This document shows, piece by piece, positions 60,698-64,000 of a stretch of DNA of 64,000 nt. The DNA is from Spirochaetia bacterium. Its GTDB lineage: Bacteria; Spirochaetota; Leptospiria; Leptospirales; Leptonemataceae. Made by a program: the position numbers and the translations under genes. Within the stretch, counting starts at the first letter, position 1. Every line of letters starts with the position of its first letter. The notes under the pieces were generated by a model that saw only the letters and a program-made list of their open reading frames with translations, had not been told where the DNA came from and searched no databases. The stretch is from positions 1-64,000 of the forward strand of contig VFLI01000012.1 in NCBI GenBank assembly GCA_009885105.1. The letters are read 5' to 3'.

Positions 60698-62665
60698 ATG
60701 CCCCGTTTCTCCGCCGGCAGGACGCCGCAGGTATTTTCACGACTTTTTTTTCAAATCCGTTCCCGCTCTGCGCCGTCGGTTCTGCTAATCGCAGTCCTTT
60801 TCTTTTCCGGCTGCCAGCTGCGCCAGGCAGCCCCCCTGACAGAAAACTGCCCTGCTCCGCCGGCAGGCATGACTTGTGTTCCCGGAGGTCCTTCTGTGAT
60901 CGGCAGAGACGGTGCGGATACCGGAGAAACCTGGCCGCAGCCGTCTGCCACCGATTACCAGGGTTATCACTCGCCGTCGCTCCATGCGAAAGAGACGCCG
61001 CGAATTAATATTAATATTTCTACATTTTATATAGATATAAATGAAGTTACCAGCGAAGAGTTCGACAGATGCGTTAAAACAGGTTTCTGCAAAAGACATC
61101 CGCACTACGACAACCACCTCTACAACGGTTTTCGCGAGGCGAAGCAGCCGGCCGTGCCCGTCAACTGGGAACAGGCGAACGCCTACTGCCGGTGGGCCGG
61201 CAAGCGTCTTCCCACAGAAGCGGAATGGGAAAAAGCGGCCCGCGGTCCACAGGGAGAAGACTTTCCCTGGGGCAATGCCGCTCCGACCTGCCAGCTGGCA
61301 AACTATCAGCGCTGCCGTCCGACGACGGCTCCGGTGGGATCCTATCCGGCCGGGCGGTACGGGATTTTTGATATGGCCGGCAACGGCTACGAATGGACGA
61401 ACGACTGGGCCAGCGCCTGCCGCGAAGGCTGCCCCGATGCCTGCGGTGACGCCTGTAAAGGAAGGGACCCGCAGGGACCATGTGTCGGAAAGTACCCCTG
61501 TGCGAATCTTTCGCGCAAAGTCATGAAAGGCGGAAGCTGGTTCTGGCCCGCAGAGCACGCAAGCCCCGTCTGGCGGCGGGTGGAAGAAGTTCAGAGCGGC
61601 GGGAATCGAATTTCGTTTCGCTGCGCGTCGAGCATGCCTGTTCTCACAAGGGGACCCGGCTGGATGATCTCATCACGGCCTCCGGTTCCGCCGGAGCCTT
61701 CGCAGCCGGATGAGGCCAGCCTGAAACTGCTGCACGATATCGAATACGACAGGCTGGCAAAACCTCTGTGCGCAGAAATCGGCTGGTCCCCCGCCGACTG
61801 CAAGGATCCCACGAGTTACGTTGTCACAAACGAACGCGATCAGTCTCTCTTCGCGCCATACATTCAGAATCTGAGCGGAGGATATGCAGGCGTCGCCGCG
61901 GATGCCAACTACACTTTCATTGCCTATGCGCGAAGCGAGTATGTCTGGCTTTTCGATTTCGACATAACGATTGTCCGTCTGCATCTGCTGTTAAAAGCGC
62001 TGATCAAAGCCTCCGCATCGCCGGAGGATCTGGTGCGTCTTCTTGCGCCGGGCGCGCAGCAGGAAGCCCTGGCTATTTTAGAAAAAGAGCATGCCGGAAA
62101 TCCGGATCTGGGCGAAATCAAAAAAGTCCTCCTGCGTTACCGTGATCAGCTCTACGGCAACTACGGCAGCCGGCTCGCCGCGGCGGGCGCTCCGTTCAGC
62201 TGGCTCTCCAGCGCGGACGCATACCGCTATGTCAGGCTTCTCTACACGCAGAACCGCATCTCCATTCACGAGGGCGATCTGATGGGCACAAAAACCGTGC
62301 GCGCCATCGGCCAGTCGGCCAGAAATCTGCGCGTGCCCATTCGTGTGTTCTATCCCAGCGACGCGGAAACCCACTGGGCCTTTGTTGACAATTACAGAAC
62401 CAACATGCAGAGTCTTTTCTACGACGAAAAGTCCGTCATCATACGAACAATCTGGCAGGGATATTTTTCGCCTTTCGCCGTGAAGTATCACTGGCAGGAG
62501 CCTCGTCAGGGCGTGTTCTGGCACTATCTTGTCATGCCGGGTCTGCATTACCAGAAATACATCGGTCTGAAAGAATACGAGTCGATGGACGATTTCAAAT
62601 ATATGCGCCGTCCAACAGATTTTTTCAATCTGTCGGTGATCGCTCTGCCGGACAGCATACCGTAG
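60698..62665 (+). CDS. FGE/SUMF1-domain lipoprotein with a ~330-aa C-terminal domain of unknown function
   Basis: Lipobox FFSGC. FGE motifs WEQANAYCRWAGKRLPTEAEWEKAARG, GIFDMAGNGYEWTNDW and KGGSWF. Confidence 0.7.
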   Translation: MPRFSAGRTPQVFSRLFFQIRSRSAPSVLLIAVLFFSGCQLRQAAPLTENCPAPPAGMTCVPGGPSVIGRDGADTGETWPQPSATDYQGYHSPSLHAKETPRININISTFYIDINEVTSEEFDRCVKTGFCKRHPHYDNHLYNGFREAKQPAVPVNWEQANAYCRWAGKRLPTEAEWEKAARGPQGEDFPWGNAAPTCQLANYQRCRPTTAPVGSYPAGRYGIFDMAGNGYEWTNDWASACREGCPDACGDACKGRDPQGPCVGKYPCANLSRKVMKGGSWFWPAEHASPVWRRVEEVQSGGNRISFRCASSMPVLTRGPGWMISSRPPVPPEPSQPDEASLKLLHDIEYDRLAKPLCAEIGWSPADCKDPTSYVVTNERDQSLFAPYIQNLSGGYAGVAADANYTFIAYARSEYVWLFDFDITIVRLHLLLKALIKASASPEDLVRLLAPGAQQEALAILEKEHAGNPDLGEIKKVLLRYRDQLYGNYGSRLAAAGAPFSWLSSADAYRYVRLLYTQNRISIHEGDLMGTKTVRAIGQSARNLRVPIRVFYPSDAETHWAFVDNYRTNMQSLFYDEKSVIIRTIWQGYFSPFAVKYHWQEPRQGVFWHYLVMPGLHYQKYIGLKEYESMDDFKYMRRPTDFFNLSVIALPDSIP

Positions 62666-62771
62666 AAGCAGCGAACTATGAAAAAAGGCGCTCGCATTTA
62701 CAATTATTGCTCTGAATCTATTCTGCGAGGGGTAGATATGATCGGAAGATACCAGGACCGAGGTCGTATTC

Positions 62772-63710
62772 TCACTTCGTCAGCATACGATAGAGTTCCT
62801 GGTCTTTTTCTTTCGCGTAATCGATCAAAGGAATATCATATATGCGCCTGACAGTTCGATTTTCATCTCTCGTTCTATACCCGGAATGCCGGCCAGGTCC
62901 TGTATCGTAATAATGAATTTTTTCCCTCACAATGTCAGATTCTTCGAAATGAACAACAAGCGAATCGTCGGGCATGGCGCCTGCACGGAGAAGATACTTT
63001 ACAGCATCCAGAGATTTGGAATAAGCCGCATAATAGAGGATTGTTCGCTCCTGCCGATCGCGCAGATTTAGATTCAGACCTTTCGCCATTGCGCGCTGCA
63101 CAATTTGTTCGTCCAGATAACAGCGATAGTGAAAGAACGGCGTCTGATTGTTTTCGCCGGGTGTATTCAGAGGCGCGCCTGCGTCAATCAAAGCGATGAT
63201 CGTACCGCGTGAAACATTACTTTCGCGGCAGGCATAATCGATAAGGCCCGGTCCCGGCGAGGTGTATCCCGGAATGTGCGCCAGCTCCCTGGGCTGATTG
63301 ATTAAAATTATGTATCGGCTCAGATCGGAAATAAGATATGCATTCGAAGCGAGATCCGGTCTTTTCTGAAAGAGAAGATCGACAAATTCATATTTGTTTT
63401 CCTGTGCGGCAAGATGCAATACGGAGTAATATCCAGGCGCTCCCAGGGCCGGATCCGCGCCGTGTTCCAGAAGAAGAAGCACCGACTGTGTATTGCCTGA
63501 TCTCACTGCGGTATAAAGAGCGGTCTCTTCCATATCACCAGCGCGCTCATCGGGGTTTATCCCAGAATCCAGCATTTTCTGCAGAGCCAGCGGATTGGGA
63601 ACTGCTGCCCTCAGTCGGTCCGCATTCTCCGATCCGCATGAAGAAGCTGAGAATAGAACCAGGGCAAGTCCGCTTTGAACAAAAAATCTGAATTTCTGCG
63701 TAAAAAACAA
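62772..63710 (-). CDS. secreted ankyrin-repeat protein
   Basis: Signal peptide. Repeats such as TALYTAVRSGNTQSVLLLLEHGADP and TILYYAAYSKSLDAVKYLLRAGA. Confidence 0.65.
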   Translation of the reverse strand: MFFTQKFRFFVQSGLALVLFSASSCGSENADRLRAAVPNPLALQKMLDSGINPDERAGDMEETALYTAVRSGNTQSVLLLLEHGADPALGAPGYYSVLHLAAQENKYEFVDLLFQKRPDLASNAYLISDLSRYIILINQPRELAHIPGYTSPGPGLIDYACRESNVSRGTIIALIDAGAPLNTPGENNQTPFFHYRCYLDEQIVQRAMAKGLNLNLRDRQERTILYYAAYSKSLDAVKYLLRAGAMPDDSLVVHFEESDIVREKIHYYDTGPGRHSGYRTRDENRTVRRIYDIPLIDYAKEKDQELYRMLTK

Positions 63711-63861
63711 TTGCCTGACCTTACCCGCTGGAAACTATTCAATGAAAAATGCCAGAAGGCAAGATTATTTCTATATTTTCCTAATAAATGGATTTTTTTC
63801 TCAAGCTTTTCCAGAATCGGTCCGATTCTTTATAATGGAATAGTCTACACGGAGGTACCGC

Positions 63862-64000
63862 ATGCAGGTAGGATCAGCTTTTAACGCAGGACAGGCAATG
63901 GAACAGGTCTCTCGTTCCATCCAGGCAGTCAACGATCTCAACAAAGAGATCGTTGATAAAAACCAAGATTTGAGCGGCAAAATGCTGAAAGTTGCCGTCG
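63862..64000 (+). CDS. hypothetical protein (3' partial at the window edge)
   Basis: A GGAGG RBS 7 bp upstream. A TATAAT -10-like box at 63828. Confidence 0.4.
   Translation, partial: MQVGSAFNAGQAMEQVSRSIQAVNDLNKEIVDKNQDLSGKMLKVAV

Noticed and set aside
1-64000. CRISPR arrays, rRNA or tRNA genes
   Set aside because: No short regularly spaced direct repeats, no rRNA-like conserved blocks, and no tRNA T-arm/anticodon-arm patterns were seen by eye. A tRNAscan/Infernal run would be needed to be certain about small RNAs.

Overview
This 64 kb window appears to come from a moderately GC-rich spirochete, most likely Leptospiraceae-like. The evidence is two tandem FlaB-type periplasmic flagellins whose N-terminus MIINHN...AVNAHR is the spirochete FlaB signature, three 7TMR-DISM signalling proteins, several class III adenylate cyclases and a GGDEF protein. 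Most of the window is ordinary chromosome with clear protein homologies: phosphohexomutase, SPFH protein, NadK-like kinase, thiolase-like protein, ArgD-like aminotransferase, methyltransferase, cNMP-gated K+ channel, Ca-type P-ATPase, MsrPQ, MFS transporter, PuuA/PuuD-like pair, enoyl-CoA hydratase, flaB x2, HisI/HisG, PrmC, nitroreductase and an FGE-domain lipoprotein. 

The exception is an accessory island at about 39.9-49.8 kb. It contains two degenerate IS91-like (HUH-Y2) transposase remnants, one IS66 remnant with an intact right terminal inverted repeat, and five copies of a sharply bounded ~135-145 bp repeat. The repeat carries a stem-loop plus T-tract followed by a near-consensus outward-facing sigma70 promoter. 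The island also holds three toxin-antitoxin-like modules (VapBC, DUF4258/MqsA-like and a PIN-like pair), an FGE pseudogene, and a 1091-aa hybrid 7TMR-DISM histidine kinase / receiver / adenylate cyclase. Immediately left of the island is a two-gene minus-strand unit: a Pol II-like family B DNA polymerase with no recognisable exonuclease catalytic residues, followed by a Vps62/DUF946-like protein. 

Other oddities are an S8 subtilase interrupted by one in-frame TAG with a standalone I9 propeptide-like gene nearby, several decayed genes (an OafA-like gene, a metallophosphoesterase, a frameshifted TSP3-repeat protein), and an unusual CAC-T8-A8-GTG palindrome. I saw no rRNA, tRNA or CRISPR. All homology calls are from reading the translations by eye; no database search was run.
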